Virus record (IMG/VR): IMGVR_UViG_3300019889_000008
Location: 1 to 64,000 of that record
DNA: 64,000 bases
Strand: one strand, 5' to 3'
Source of the DNA: a virus
The notes beneath the pieces were generated by a model. The model saw only the letters and a list, made by a program, of their open reading frames with translations, ran no database searches and was not told where the DNA came from. The translations under genes were made by a program, and so were the position numbers. This document shows, piece by piece, positions 47,207 through 56,547 of this stretch; position 1 is the first letter of the stretch; the number at the start of each line of letters is the position of its first letter.

Positions 47207-47613
47207 CAGCGGGTGCTCAGGGGAACATACCGCTTGCTCGACACGTCGTACCGCATCAGGTCGGGGCACCGCGCTTTGATCTGTGACAGATCATGCGAGG
47301 CTTGGGCATAGGTGACCTCGCCGATCCGAACGATGTCGGCGCGGTTCAATGATCCGGTGCGCATGAGATGTTCAACGGCCTTGGCGAGGCGCACACGGAC
47401 TCCTGGCCGTAGTCCGGCCCATGTCCCGCTCCCATCGCCGTTGTCACCTTCGGACGCCACGGCATCGCGCGACCGCTCCGCCTCGGTCAGGATCGCAAGA
47501 ACGTCGGCGATCTTGAGCGTCGTATAGGTGACGCCAGGGATTGCTGCGTGGCTCTCGACGACCCGACGTATCTCTGCGAGATCGACCATCTCCGGATCAG
47601 TCCCGGCAGCCAT
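47206..47613 (-). CDS. winged-HTH-like protein
   Basis: GSLNRADIV..GEV..QASHDL..MRYD.S.KRY. Confidence 0.65.
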   Translation of the reverse strand: MAAGTDPEMVDLAEIRRVVESHAAIPGVTYTTLKIADVLAILTEAERSRDAVASEGDNGDGSGTWAGLRPGVRVRLAKAVEHLMRTGSLNRADIVRIGEVTYAQASHDLSQIKARCPDLMRYDVSSKRYVPLSTR

Positions 47614-47907
47614 TCAGATGGTCCGCTTGCTCGGCCAATCGCGGGGCATGTTCGTCGCCGCCCCCGGCACCTTGGTCGCCGAGGCGAGGTAGTCCATTCG
47701 GGTCCGGTCGCGACGGCCCTCGGCGTCGCGCTCGTTGTCCGACAGCGCGAGCCAAGCCGTCACCATGGCCCGATACACGTCGCCGAGGGTCTCTGGTGCT
47801 GGCAAGCCCAGCGCCGCCATACGGGCGAAGCAGCCGGGCTCCATGTCACAGGCATGCAGCACCATAATGGCGCCGTGCTGCTCGATCGCTTGTTCAACGG
47901 TAATCAT
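47614..47907 (-). CDS. hypothetical protein
   Basis: CCCGGAGA RBS; operator-like palindrome upstream. Confidence 0.6.
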   Translation of the reverse strand: MITVEQAIEQHGAIMVLHACDMEPGCFARMAALGLPAPETLGDVYRAMVTAWLALSDNERDAEGRRDRTRMDYLASATKVPGAATNMPRDWPSKRTI

Positions 47908-47930
47908 CTGTCTCTCCGGGTTGCCTTATG

Positions 47931-47950
47931 GGGCCACAATACCGTGCCCA
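47931..47950. promoter_or_regulatory. operator-like palindrome
   Basis: GGGCCAC-aatacc-GTGCCCA. Confidence 0.6.
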
Positions 47951-47999
47951 GCCCAAACGTTGAAGGGCCGCCTGGACAATGCCCGGCGGCCCTTTCCAA

Positions 48000-48185
48000 G
48001 CATCGCGGTTTGTAAGTCTCCGTGGAACCCTATGGGCCGCCTTGGTCCCCGCATTTCGGTTTGTAAGGCCCAAGTCGTTGATATCGCTTAATTCAAGGGA
48101 TACTGGAAGTTCTTCTACCCTGCCCTGTGTGCCGCAGAAATCCTGGAGTTTTTGGCAGGTTTGTAAAAGGTTTGTAGAACAGGTC
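48000..48185. other. putative attP
   Basis: Non-coding, AT-richer; four direct GGTTTGTA repeats (48007, 48058, 48158, 48169) flank a central segment; about 1.8 kb downstream of the integrase. Confidence 0.55.
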
Positions 48186-48198
48186 CCGTCCGCCGTTC

Positions 48199-48393
48199 CT
48201 ATTTCGGTCCCTTCTGATCGCGCTGGTGGGGCTCGGCGAATACCCTTTGGCACCACTGCGCGGCATCGAACTCGTCGTCCATGGCCGCCTTCAGCGCCGC
48301 CTCGGCGACCTGGAGATCGTTGCGGGCTCGCTCGACGGCGCGCTTGGCGGTTTCCCATCGCCGCTGCGCCCGGCGCTGCTCCAGCGTGGTCAT
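48199..48393 (-). CDS. small coiled-coil protein
   Basis: ATGA coupling. Confidence 0.55.
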   Translation of the reverse strand: MTTLEQRRAQRRWETAKRAVERARNDLQVAEAALKAAMDDEFDAAQWCQRVFAEPHQRDQKGPK

Positions 48394-48638
48394 CGCTTGC
48401 GCTCCCACGTTCCACCTTTCGCGATGATCCGCCGGGCGCAGTCCAGGCCAAAGGGGAACCATCCCTGCGACCGATCCTCTGGGACATCCTCCCGGTCGTG
48501 ATACGTGTTGTCACGCTGATCCAACTCCAGCCATGCGGCCGGGCCCTTGAGCGGCTCCCCGCATCGGGTGCAGGACCGGTTGCTCGGGTCGATCTCGTCG
48601 GCGCGGCCGATTTGGCGCGGTTTCGGTTTGCCGGTCAC
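48390..48638 (-). CDS. zinc-binding hypothetical protein
   Basis: CTRCGE..WLEL..SQGWFPFGLDCA. Confidence 0.65.
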   Translation of the reverse strand: MTGKPKPRQIGRADEIDPSNRSCTRCGEPLKGPAAWLELDQRDNTYHDREDVPEDRSQGWFPFGLDCARRIIAKGGTWERKR

Positions 48639-49126
48639 TTCAGCGCCTCCTCAATCGCAACCCGCACGGCCTCGGCACGCTCTCGGTCTGCTCGCCGGAT
48701 GGCCACGGTAAGCCGCCGGATTTTCCTGGCGCTGGTCACGGCAAGCACCCGAAGGATCTCATCGTCGGAGCAATGGGCTTCGCGAAGCATGGTCACGACC
48801 ACGGATTTCTCGGCCATGGTCATTGGCCGTTCGCTAGCGGCCTTCAGGAGGCCCTCAATCTCCGCCAAGCGGCGACAGCCGATGGCAGGCATGCTCTCGA
48901 TTTGGTGGACACCAGCGGCGGCAAGGTCCGCGGCCATGGCGGCGCGCTCGACCCTGGTCATCTTGGCGGAGTCAACCGCGGCCCCCGGCTTCAGCAGCGC
49001 GCGGCTGCCGTGGCTCCGATACACGTCCTTGATCTTGCCGGACCCGATGGCCTTGAGATCGGTGTCCTTGATGGCCCGCCGGGCTTGCCGCCGCTGCTGG
49101 GCCCGCGTCGTCGATTTGCCGGTCAT
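48635..49126 (-). CDS. hypothetical protein
   Basis: Coupled ORF. Confidence 0.55.
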   Translation of the reverse strand: MTGKSTTRAQQRRQARRAIKDTDLKAIGSGKIKDVYRSHGSRALLKPGAAVDSAKMTRVERAAMAADLAAAGVHQIESMPAIGCRRLAEIEGLLKAASERPMTMAEKSVVVTMLREAHCSDDEILRVLAVTSARKIRRLTVAIRRADRERAEAVRVAIEEALK

Positions 49127-49347
49127 GATTGTGGTCCCTTGGGCACGGCCTCTCTGCCTGCATCGGTGATGTAATGATCGCCGTGAACGTTGGGGACGAT
49201 CAACCCTGCTGCCTCCAGGCCGGCCAAGGCGACCTTGATCCGGTGCCGATCAAAGCCGGTCCGGCCGCCGCCACGGACGACCCCATCGGGGTGCGCCGCG
49301 CCGTCCTGGAGGAGGCGCACCTTCGTGACGGACAGGCGGACGGTCAT
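49123..49347 (-). CDS. small winged-helix-like protein
   Basis: LEAAGLI..YITDAGREA; GGAGG RBS. Confidence 0.55.
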   Translation of the reverse strand: MTVRLSVTKVRLLQDGAAHPDGVVRGGGRTGFDRHRIKVALAGLEAAGLIVPNVHGDHYITDAGREAVPKGPQS

Positions 49348-49523
49348 CGTGTCACCTCCCGCGCCGCTGGCGCGGCCTTCTGTGCCTGGATGGCCTCCTC
49401 GGCCCAGCGCCGCACCATGGCGGGGTCGGGGCCGTTGAGCAGCGAAGTGATCTGCTCGACGCTGTTGCCGGCCTCGACCATGCGCCTGACCATATTTCTG
49501 GAAACCGAGAGGAAGGAAGTCAT
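49344..49523 (-). CDS. hypothetical protein
   Basis: GGAGG RBS, ATGA coupling. Confidence 0.55.
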   Translation of the reverse strand: MTSFLSVSRNMVRRMVEAGNSVEQITSLLNGPDPAMVRRWAEEAIQAQKAAPAAREVTR

Positions 49524-49714
49524 CCTTGGCCTCCCTTCGGGTCGGCAATCTCCAGATCCTTGCCCCATACGTCGCCGCTGTTGATCAGGTAGACCAGTGC
49601 TCTGGAGATCGTCGGCGTGGTGACCGTGGCGATCACGACCCCGAGCCTGTTCCTGATGGCCAGACCATCGGCCCTGACCGGCGGGAGGACGAGGCTCTTG
49701 GCAGTCTGGGTCAT
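49520..49714 (-). CDS. hypothetical protein
   Basis: GGAGG RBS, ATGA coupling. Confidence 0.55.
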   Translation of the reverse strand: MTQTAKSLVLPPVRADGLAIRNRLGVVIATVTTPTISRALVYLINSGDVWGKDLEIADPKGGQG

Positions 49715-49950
49715 GGCCGGCCTCCCACGGCGGCGCTGGCCGGCGTTGGGCCCTGTGCGGCGTCCAGGCGGCGCACGGTGGCCTCCAGGCGCCGGATATA
49801 GGCCACGGCCAGCGGCAGGGCGTATTCGGGCGCGAGGCCCCGGCCGTCGGCGGCGTCGGTCAGGGCCGCGGACAACTCTTCGTCATCCTTGAAGGTGACG
49901 AAGAGATCATCCAGACGGGGGCGGCGGGCGAGTAGATCGAGCATGTTCAT
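49711..49950 (-). CDS. hypothetical protein
   Basis: GAGGG RBS. Confidence 0.5.
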   Translation of the reverse strand: MNMLDLLARRPRLDDLFVTFKDDEELSAALTDAADGRGLAPEYALPLAVAYIRRLEATVRRLDAAQGPTPASAAVGGRP

Positions 49951-49961
49951 GGCTGCCACCC

Positions 49962-51077
49962 TCACCCGACGTCCCGGAAGCGATCCCGCATCTTGCGCGC
50001 AACGCCCTTTTGCAGGATCGCCTGCTGTGCGGCATCGCAATACCGCTGGACCTCGGAGAGGGTCTTGTGGCCCGTCACGGTCATGATCTCGTGCGGGGTG
50101 CAGCCGGCCTCGGCCAGCCGCCGGGCCGCCGCCTTGCGCAGGCCATGCGACACGCACCGATCGGGAAGCCCGGCGGCATCGAAGTTGTCGGCCATCCAGC
50201 GGCTCAGGGTGGTCGGGGCGAACTTGCGGTGGATGCCGTTGAGGAGAATGTGCTGGTGGATGTCGGTCGGCACCTTCTCCCGCGCGCAGGTTTCCTTCCA
50301 CGCATCGAGCGCCTCGATCAGTTCGGGCTCGCAGTTGATGTTGAGCGTCCGATCGTTCTCGGCGTCGTCGCCCTTCTCCTGCTGCACCGCCATGGTGGCC
50401 CGGCGATGACCCTCCTTGTCGGTCCACCACGTGATCTCGGGCAACTTCATCTTGGCCACGTCGACCACCCGCTGGCCGCTGTAGAGGAACAGGGCGAAGG
50501 CCGTCCGCTCCCGCGTCCCAAGCTTCCACCGCTTCTCGTACTGCGCGATCTCCGCCTCGTTCCAAGTGTGGTGACTGCCGATCTCCAACTTGTCGACGCC
50601 CATGGTCGGGTCGCGGTCGATCCACCCGCGCCGGATCACAAACTTGGTCAGTTGCCGCATCACCTTGAGCAGGTTGTTATGCTGGCCGGGGCGATCGTGG
50701 TAGGTCGCGAGGAACTCCTCGATCTTGGCGACCGGGGTGCCCCGCACCGACCGGTGGCCATGGAGCCGGCAGAAGATGTTGAGCAGCCGGGTGGTCTTCT
50801 TCTTGGCCTCCTCGCCCTGCGCGCCGAGCCCGACCTTGATGAAGTCGGTCTTGGCGGCGTTCCACGTCCGGTCGCCGCTGCTGGTCTTCACGACCTCGGT
50901 CAGCGGCGTCGCCTGGGGCGCGAAGCCGAGCGCCATGGTGTACTGCCCCATGTATTCGGGCGAGCCCGGCTTGCCGATCAGCTTCACCGCCTTCTGCTTG
51001 GGATACCGGAAGTAAGACCGCTCCTTGCCGTGCCGGTCGGTGAAAGTGTTAACGTATTTCAAATTTACGGTTGTCAT
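49962..51077 (-). CDS. int: tyrosine integrase
   Basis: DRHGK.R.YFR arm domain; SGQR..D, HGLRK, TGHK, RY catalytic residues. Confidence 0.95.
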   Translation of the reverse strand: MTTVNLKYVNTFTDRHGKERSYFRYPKQKAVKLIGKPGSPEYMGQYTMALGFAPQATPLTEVVKTSSGDRTWNAAKTDFIKVGLGAQGEEAKKKTTRLLNIFCRLHGHRSVRGTPVAKIEEFLATYHDRPGQHNNLLKVMRQLTKFVIRRGWIDRDPTMGVDKLEIGSHHTWNEAEIAQYEKRWKLGTRERTAFALFLYSGQRVVDVAKMKLPEITWWTDKEGHRRATMAVQQEKGDDAENDRTLNINCEPELIEALDAWKETCAREKVPTDIHQHILLNGIHRKFAPTTLSRWMADNFDAAGLPDRCVSHGLRKAAARRLAEAGCTPHEIMTVTGHKTLSEVQRYCDAAQQAILQKGVARKMRDRFRDVG

Positions 51078-51092
51078 TATGATCTCCGGGTT

Positions 51093-51186
51093 AGGACACG
51101 TATCGGTGCCAGGGCACACATTAGTGCCTTCGCCCGGAGATCGGGAAGGACTATTTTTACAAACCAAGGGCACCGGGGCGTGCCCT
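51093..51186. promoter_or_regulatory. three operator-like palindromes plus one arm-type repeat upstream of int
   Basis: AGGACAC-gtatcg-GTGCCAG, AGGGCAC-acatta-GTGCCTT, AGGGCAC-cggggc-GTGCCCT; TACAAACC at 51158. Confidence 0.72.
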
Positions 51187-51454
51187 AGGCGTCGTCCCAT
51201 GACGTGTCGCGGACCGGCGCCGCCAGATCCCAGACGCCACCGACATGCGGGATGGCCTTGTATGCCGCCCGCAGTTCGTCGGCATCCCAGGTCATGACCC
51301 CGCCTACCAGCCTGGCGGGCGGCATCTTCCGGTCCTTGACCATCCGCTGGAAATTCGACACGCCGATGCCGACATAGGCCGCGGCCTCGTTGATCTGGAG
51401 GCCGAGCAGGCACGGCAGCCGGTCCAGGGCTTCAGCGCGGGCAACCTTCTTCAC
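51185..51454 (-). CDS. excisionase/AlpA-like HTH protein
   Basis: EAAAYVGIG.S.F..MV....MPP..W..DEL; upstream of int. Confidence 0.8.
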   Translation of the reverse strand: MKKVARAEALDRLPCLLGLQINEAAAYVGIGVSNFQRMVKDRKMPPARLVGGVMTWDADELRAAYKAIPHVGGVWDLAAPVRDTSWDDA

Positions 51455-51634
51455 CTAGACCTCCCTGATCACGTAGCCATAGAACTCCGGATCGGCGGCG
51501 ATGAAGTCGAAGACGTCGCCGTAACCCAGCCCCAGCTTTTCATGCACCAGCATCCAGTGCGCGCCCTCGGGGAGATCGAGTTCCCCGACCTCCTCCAGCA
51601 CGTCGCGGACCCGATCCTTGGTCGGCCTGGCCAC
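51455..51634 (-). CDS. small acidic hypothetical protein (59 aa, not in ORF track)
   Basis: GGAGGGG RBS + GTG; ARPTKDRVRDVLEEVGELDLPEGAHW..; abuts xis start. Confidence 0.55.
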   Translation of the reverse strand: MARPTKDRVRDVLEEVGELDLPEGAHWMLVHEKLGLGYGDVFDFIAADPEFYGYVIREV

Positions 51635-51643
51635 GATCCCCTC

Positions 51644-52537
51644 CTAGACCATCTCGGGGAACGTCTCCTTGACCCCACCGCGGGTCCGGAAGACGAAGTT
51701 ATTGGGCCTCTTACCCAAGCGCACGGCATTCCAGGCTTTCCAGAGCACCGCCAATTCGATGATGATTGGTCGCCGCCCGGCATCGGCCGCCGCATTGACG
51801 AAGTACCGGCGGACGGTCATCGCCGGATGATCACTCGACAATCCGACCCCGGTGGCGATCTGCTCGCAGAACGACAGGGCGAGATCTGGGTCTATGCGGG
51901 AAGTCCGCAAATAGAAGAAGCCCCAAGCCGCAACCTTGATCGGCCTGAAAACCCTGTTCCAATCCCGCCCTCGCATGCTCGCGTCGATGATGTCGGGGTT
52001 CGCTTCCACGTGCAGCCGCAGATCCTCGTTCGGGACGATCTCGTTGAATGTCGTGTTCCCGGCGTTCAAGGAGATGTCGAACCGGGCGATGGCGGCGGTG
52101 TTCCGATCCTTCGCCAGATCGTGCCGTTTCAAAGTGTCTTGGCCAGTCCGAACACCGGGTCCATCCATTGTGTCGTATGCATCCGGGTCGATACCGAAGA
52201 TCACGTAGGACACGAATGGTTTGCGGGCCCTTCGGCCGCCGAGCAGTCGGTGCTGGCCATTGGCCAAATTGCCGTCCCAATCGAAGATGATCGCCTCGCC
52301 ATTCAGCCGCCATTTTCGGGCGCTGATGCGACCGGAGTACAGCGTGATGCGCCCCTTGCGGATGGCTCTGTTGTTGACCGGGTTTCGGGCCAGCATCTCC
52401 TCAAAGCCATTCTCGTCGATCTCGATGACGACAACCGCAGCCGTTTGGACGAGATAGTCCAGGAGCCTTGCCCAGCCCGCCCTCGTCTTTGGCGTAACGA
52501 TTCGCGGGACATCAATCACATACGGAAGCTGATCCAT
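51644..52537 (-). CDS. ParB/Srx-like domain protein
   Basis: NR.I..W.LNGEAIIFD..G.LANGQHRL, D....RT..D. Confidence 0.75.
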   Translation of the reverse strand: MDQLPYVIDVPRIVTPKTRAGWARLLDYLVQTAAVVVIEIDENGFEEMLARNPVNNRAIRKGRITLYSGRISARKWRLNGEAIIFDWDGNLANGQHRLLGGRRARKPFVSYVIFGIDPDAYDTMDGPGVRTGQDTLKRHDLAKDRNTAAIARFDISLNAGNTTFNEIVPNEDLRLHVEANPDIIDASMRGRDWNRVFRPIKVAAWGFFYLRTSRIDPDLALSFCEQIATGVGLSSDHPAMTVRRYFVNAAADAGRRPIIIELAVLWKAWNAVRLGKRPNNFVFRTRGGVKETFPEMV

Positions 52538-52546
52538 TCCTCCCCC

Positions 52547-52798
52547 CTATTTGAGCCGCTTGAGACCGATCTCCTTCACCGTCTCGAACTCGATGCGCGA
52601 GCGGCGGAAGACCTCGTCCTTGGCCCAATACAGGACGTGCCAGCACTCGCGGACGTCCTGCATCCCGGCGGCCCGGCCCATCGACTGATAGGTCACGATT
52701 TCGCCGGCTGGCACCTTGAGCAGCAGGGCGACGAGGCCCTTCCGCTGATCGATGCGGGGCCGGCTCGGCCTGCGCATGGTGGCGATGCCCATTTCCAT
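52547..52798 (-). CDS. small DNA-binding hypothetical protein
   Basis: GEIVTYQSM..FETV..IGLKRL; AGGAGG RBS. Confidence 0.55.
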   Translation of the reverse strand: MEMGIATMRRPSRPRIDQRKGLVALLLKVPAGEIVTYQSMGRAAGMQDVRECWHVLYWAKDEVFRRSRIEFETVKEIGLKRLK

Positions 52799-52803
52799 CT
52801 CGG

Positions 52804-53283
52804 TCACCTCCTGTTGAGCGATGCTTCCTGGCTCGCCCGGTCGCGCTGACTGCGGTAGGCGTCGGACAGCCGGGTCCAGATCCCGGCGGCGTCGGGGTTG
52901 CTGTCCAGGTCGCGCCGGCTCTTGCAGCCGCAGATGCGCCGCACCTGCACGGCCGCCGCCTCCTCGCTGTCGACCTTGAGCCAAGCCTGGAATTCGGCGT
53001 CCTTGCACAGGATGCCTGCCTGCTTGACGAACGGGAGCTTCCGCCACGACTGCCGCTCGGGTTCCGGGGCCGGGAGATCTTTGGTCATGCGCACCGCCAG
53101 AACGTCGGGGTCGAGGGTGACGATGGCGCAGGGCCGCGACACCCCTGGCAGCGGGAAGCCGCCGAGCCGGTGGTGGATTCCATCGCCATCCTCGATCGGG
53201 GCCTCGAACAAGATCTGGACGACCCCGCGGCTGGGGATGGCTTTCAGCTGGACGAAGTCGGCGATGATCGGTTGCTCGGTCAT
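52804..53283 (-). CDS. conserved phage hypothetical protein
   Basis: QAGILCKD..FQAWL..RRICGCKSRRDL. Confidence 0.65.
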   Translation of the reverse strand: MTEQPIIADFVQLKAIPSRGVVQILFEAPIEDGDGIHHRLGGFPLPGVSRPCAIVTLDPDVLAVRMTKDLPAPEPERQSWRKLPFVKQAGILCKDAEFQAWLKVDSEEAAAVQVRRICGCKSRRDLDSNPDAAGIWTRLSDAYRSQRDRASQEASLNRR

Positions 53284-53804
53284 GCCGCCGGCTCCGCTGG
53301 CAACGCGAACTTCAGGCCCCACGACCTCCAGGCGGCGCCGACCGCGCCAGTGCCGGGGAACAGGTCGTGGAGATCATCTTCCGGCCTGGCGCCGGCCATC
53401 TCGAACGCCCAATGGCAGACCGCCTCGGGCTTGGCCCCGGTCAACCCGCGCCGCAGGGTGATCGACTCTGCGATCCAATCCCGCATGACGAGCCGCTTCG
53501 ACACGACCGGTTTGCGCGCGGCCTTGACGATGACCGGTTCCCACGCGAAAGCGACCGAGACGTTCCGCTTGAAGGCGGCGAAGCCTTTCACCCATGCCAT
53601 CCAGCGGGCTCCGGTGCCCTCGACCATCGGGGCGAGGAGCGCCATCGAATAGGGGGTCGCGTTGGTGTGCAGGACCCACCCGTCGAACTCGGACTGGAGC
53701 CGATCGATCAGACCGCGGAAGTCGATCTCGCCCGAGTAATCCGGCTGGTCCCGGTAGAGATGGGCGCAGCCGGGATACGGGGGGTCGGCGTAACCGATCC
53801 TCAT
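53280..53804 (-). CDS. minimal amino-DNA methyltransferase (beta-type motif order)
   Basis: YADPPY near N-term; KP and DLFPGTG at C-term. Confidence 0.75.
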   Translation of the reverse strand: MRIGYADPPYPGCAHLYRDQPDYSGEIDFRGLIDRLQSEFDGWVLHTNATPYSMALLAPMVEGTGARWMAWVKGFAAFKRNVSVAFAWEPVIVKAARKPVVSKRLVMRDWIAESITLRRGLTGAKPEAVCHWAFEMAGARPEDDLHDLFPGTGAVGAAWRSWGLKFALPAEPAA

Positions 53805-54007
53805 CACCGGTTCGCCCCTCTCGGAACGATCGTGAAGCCGCGGGCCTCCAGCCTTGCCAGGGCCTCCTCGGCCTCGACCATATAGCCGGACCAATAGCCG
53901 TCGACCATGTCCAGGTCGGCATCGGCCTTGCACGCTTCGAACCGGTCCAGCTTGCCGTCGATGCTGGCCCAGACGGCGGCGAGCGCCTCGATGGCGGACG
54001 TGGTCAT
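53804..54007 (-). CDS. hypothetical protein
   Basis: ATGA/TGATG coupling. Confidence 0.55.
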   Translation of the reverse strand: MTTSAIEALAAVWASIDGKLDRFEACKADADLDMVDGYWSGYMVEAEEALARLEARGFTIVPRGANR

Positions 54008-54858
54008 TGCGGCAACTCCATCGGTTCGGCGGCCAGGGTCTCGGCCTCGGTGATCAGGTCGATGGCCCAGCCACGCTCGGGGTCGGTGGCGGCCCAAGCC
54101 CGGATCGCCTGGACGGCATCCTTGTTCTCCTGGATGTCGATCAGCCGCCGGTTCGTGCCGAGACCCCGGATCAGATTGGTCAGGAAGTCTTTCGCCCCGG
54201 TGCCGTTGGCCGGGAACTTCCGCTCCACGACCCGGCCGGTGAACGTGTCGGGCGGGAATGACAGGACGAAGTGCCGGCCGCCCGTGGCCGCGTCCTGGGG
54301 CCGCTGGGCCGGCACAGGCGGCGATGGCGGGCTGGTGGGGGTGTCGGCCTGGCGTTCGGCCTGGCGGCGCCCCTGGCCACCCTGTGCGCCCTGGCGCTGG
54401 CCGTCGCGTCCGGCGTTGGCCACTCGGTCGCGGACGAAGTTGCCGGCGGCGAGCCCACCATCATCGTCCTCGTCGCCGGTCAGCCCGACCGCGGCGCCGA
54501 AGGCATACCGCTTCGCATAGGTGATCGCGCTGCCCATCTGCTGGGCCGTGTATTCCCGGTCCAGCACCACGGGGATCTCGGTCTCGACCCATTGGCCCGA
54601 GGCGTGCATCAGCAGCGTGGTGACGACGAGCGGCCCCTTCTGGGAATACTCGGGGGCCTGCATCCAGGCGATGGCGTTTTCGCTCAGGGCGGCGCGGGCC
54701 GCGTCGATCAGGGCATCGAAGGTCGCATACTTGAAGGTGTACTTGCCGCCGGTCTTGGTCTGAACCTCGACCGGCCGATCCCGGCCGGGGTTCTTCATCG
54801 CGCCCTGAGCCTTGGCCAGGGCCTCGGCGAACTTGTCGATCTCCATGCTGCGGATCAT
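54004..54858 (-). CDS. erf: ERF-family ssDNA annealing protein
   Basis: ALAKAQ, YA, TLLMHASGQW, QQMGSAITYAKRYA, EDDDG. Confidence 0.92.
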   Translation of the reverse strand: MIRSMEIDKFAEALAKAQGAMKNPGRDRPVEVQTKTGGKYTFKYATFDALIDAARAALSENAIAWMQAPEYSQKGPLVVTTLLMHASGQWVETEIPVVLDREYTAQQMGSAITYAKRYAFGAAVGLTGDEDDDGGLAAGNFVRDRVANAGRDGQRQGAQGGQGRRQAERQADTPTSPPSPPVPAQRPQDAATGGRHFVLSFPPDTFTGRVVERKFPANGTGAKDFLTNLIRGLGTNRRLIDIQENKDAVQAIRAWAATDPERGWAIDLITEAETLAAEPMELPQ

Positions 54859-54860
54859 GG

Positions 54861-55367
54861 TCAGCCCTGCCGGATGGAGATTGTGGGGGCCGGGTTCGAC
54901 AGGGCCGCGCCGGGCACGTCATCGCCAGCATCGAGCGCGGCCTTGATGTCAGCCTTGACCGGCTTCCGGATGATCTTGACGTAGGCGTCGGGCAGCGCCG
55001 CCTCGTCGGTGACGATCACGTGCCGGCTGCCCTTGGTCAGGGTGACGGTCGCCTCGGGGAAATCGAACCGCTTCCGGGCCGCCGCCTCCATGGCCGCCTG
55101 CACCAGGAACTGCTTCCGCATGACGCGGTCCTCCAGCCGGCTTTTCCGGGACGCCATCTTTCTGATCCGCGCGGTCAGCGCCTCCGCCATCGTCTCGTCG
55201 TCCAGCGACGACACGATCAGCGCCCGGCACCGCTCGGGGAAATCCGAGATGCCGTCGAGGGTGTCGGTCAGCGCCGGCTCGTCCTCGGCCAGGGTCGGGA
55301 ACTCGCGCAGCAGAGCTTCGCGCAGGGCCGCATCGGACGCGGCATCGGCCTGGAGGCTTCGATTCAT
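54861..55367 (-). CDS. siphovirus Gp157-family protein
   Basis: DTLDG, PEATV, DEAALPD, K..IK.AL..G.DVPGAAL. Confidence 0.85.
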   Translation of the reverse strand: MNRSLQADAASDAALREALLREFPTLAEDEPALTDTLDGISDFPERCRALIVSSLDDETMAEALTARIRKMASRKSRLEDRVMRKQFLVQAAMEAAARKRFDFPEATVTLTKGSRHVIVTDEAALPDAYVKIIRKPVKADIKAALDAGDDVPGAALSNPAPTISIRQG

Positions 55368-55558
55368 GGCTTCATCCCCAATGCGACATAGGCGGCCGGC
55401 ATGCCCCACAGGATCAGCACCAGACCGGCGGCGAGGATGATCGTGCCGAGCACGGTCTCCGCGGCGCCCGATGTGGTTCGGCAATGGGGCGATGCGACGA
55501 GCGCGGTCCCGTAGATGACGAGGAAGACCGCGGAGATCAGGAGGATCACGCCGGTCAC
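55364..55558 (-). CDS. small two-TM membrane protein
   Basis: GTG start, hydrophobic. Confidence 0.55.
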   Translation of the reverse strand: MTGVILLISAVFLVIYGTALVASPHCRTTSGAAETVLGTIILAAGLVLILWGMPAAYVALGMKP

Positions 55559-55764
55559 AGGATCATCTCCTGGACCAAGCGGGCTCCGATGGCGGCGACC
55601 CAGAACACGGCGTTCATCCCGAGGTAGATGTAGAGAGCCTGCCGGGTTGTCTGCGCCGTCCAGACGATCCGGCCAGCCATGCCTTGGACGATCATCATCG
55701 CGGTCCCGAAACCGGCCGTGAACGCGCACGTGGCCATGAAGGCGGCGAGGAGGGCCCTGGTCAT
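55555..55764 (-). CDS. small two-TM membrane protein (paralog C2)
   Basis: F.AGFG..W..Q..YLG...FWV. Confidence 0.6.
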   Translation of the reverse strand: MTRALLAAFMATCAFTAGFGTAMMIVQGMAGRIVWTAQTTRQALYIYLGMNAVFWVAAIGARLVQEMIL

Positions 55765-55970
55765 GCCGCAGGCCCCTGGAGGATCGCCGAGACGAGGCAG
55801 ATGACCCAAAACAGGGCGATCGTCCCGAGGTAGTAGCAGGCGGCTTCCCGGCGAGCCTGCCGCGTCCAGGCGACGGGGCCATTGAGCTTCTCGGCGATCA
55901 TCAGCATTAGGCCGAAGCCTGCGATGAAGCCGCCGGTCGACATGCAGGCGAGATAGATGGCGTCGATCAC
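55761..55970 (-). CDS. small two-TM membrane protein (paralog C1)
   Basis: F.AGFG..W..Q..YLG...FWV. Confidence 0.6.
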   Translation of the reverse strand: MIDAIYLACMSTGGFIAGFGLMLMIAEKLNGPVAWTRQARREAACYYLGTIALFWVICLVSAILQGPAA

Positions 55971-56266
55971 GGCATCTGCTCCCGCCGGACCTGGGCACGG
56001 ATGCGGTCGCGCTCACGGCCGTCGTCGATCTTGTCCTCGGTCCACCACCGATGATGGGCAACGATGTCGAACGGGGCCCAATGGAGCCGGGGCGTCCCGT
56101 TGCTGGTGACCTCCATGACCTTGGAGCCACCGATCACGTCGTAGCCGGGCTCGCTCTCGTCATAGGCGGAGCAGGCGTCGTCGAGGCGATCGTAGAGCGA
56201 GACCATGTGCTTGTGGTCCAGGACGCTCCACCAGATCAGGACATAGAGGGGGGGCATGGCGCGCAT
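55967..56266 (-). CDS. hypothetical protein, first gene of leftward early operon
   Basis: GGGAGA RBS. Confidence 0.6.
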   Translation of the reverse strand: MRAMPPLYVLIWWSVLDHKHMVSLYDRLDDACSAYDESEPGYDVIGGSKVMEVTSNGTPRLHWAPFDIVAHHRWWTEDKIDDGRERDRIRAQVRREQMP

Positions 56267-56445
56267 ACCGATCTCCCGGTTGCACCTTGCGGCTGGGCTG
56301 TAAGGGGTAGATGTCGAGGGCTCCGATCCGAGCCCGTGTCGATCCATCGATCATGTGATTCGACCGTTTGGCCGTCAAGCACGTTTTCTAAGCGGATCGT
56401 GTCATGCCTGTGGATAAATCTGGGGGTTGTAAGTTCCGGATCTGT

Positions 56446-56475
56446 CATATGGGCCCATATGGGCCCATATGGCCC
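56446..56475. repeat. palindromic 10-bp tandem repeat in divergent promoter region
   Basis: CATATGGGCC x2 + CATATGGCCC. Confidence 0.75.
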
Positions 56476-56547
56476 CAATAGAGTCCCGTACAATAAAAAT
56501 TCAACCGTCCGAGTTCATGAAGTCATCGGCGACAGTTTATGACCTAA

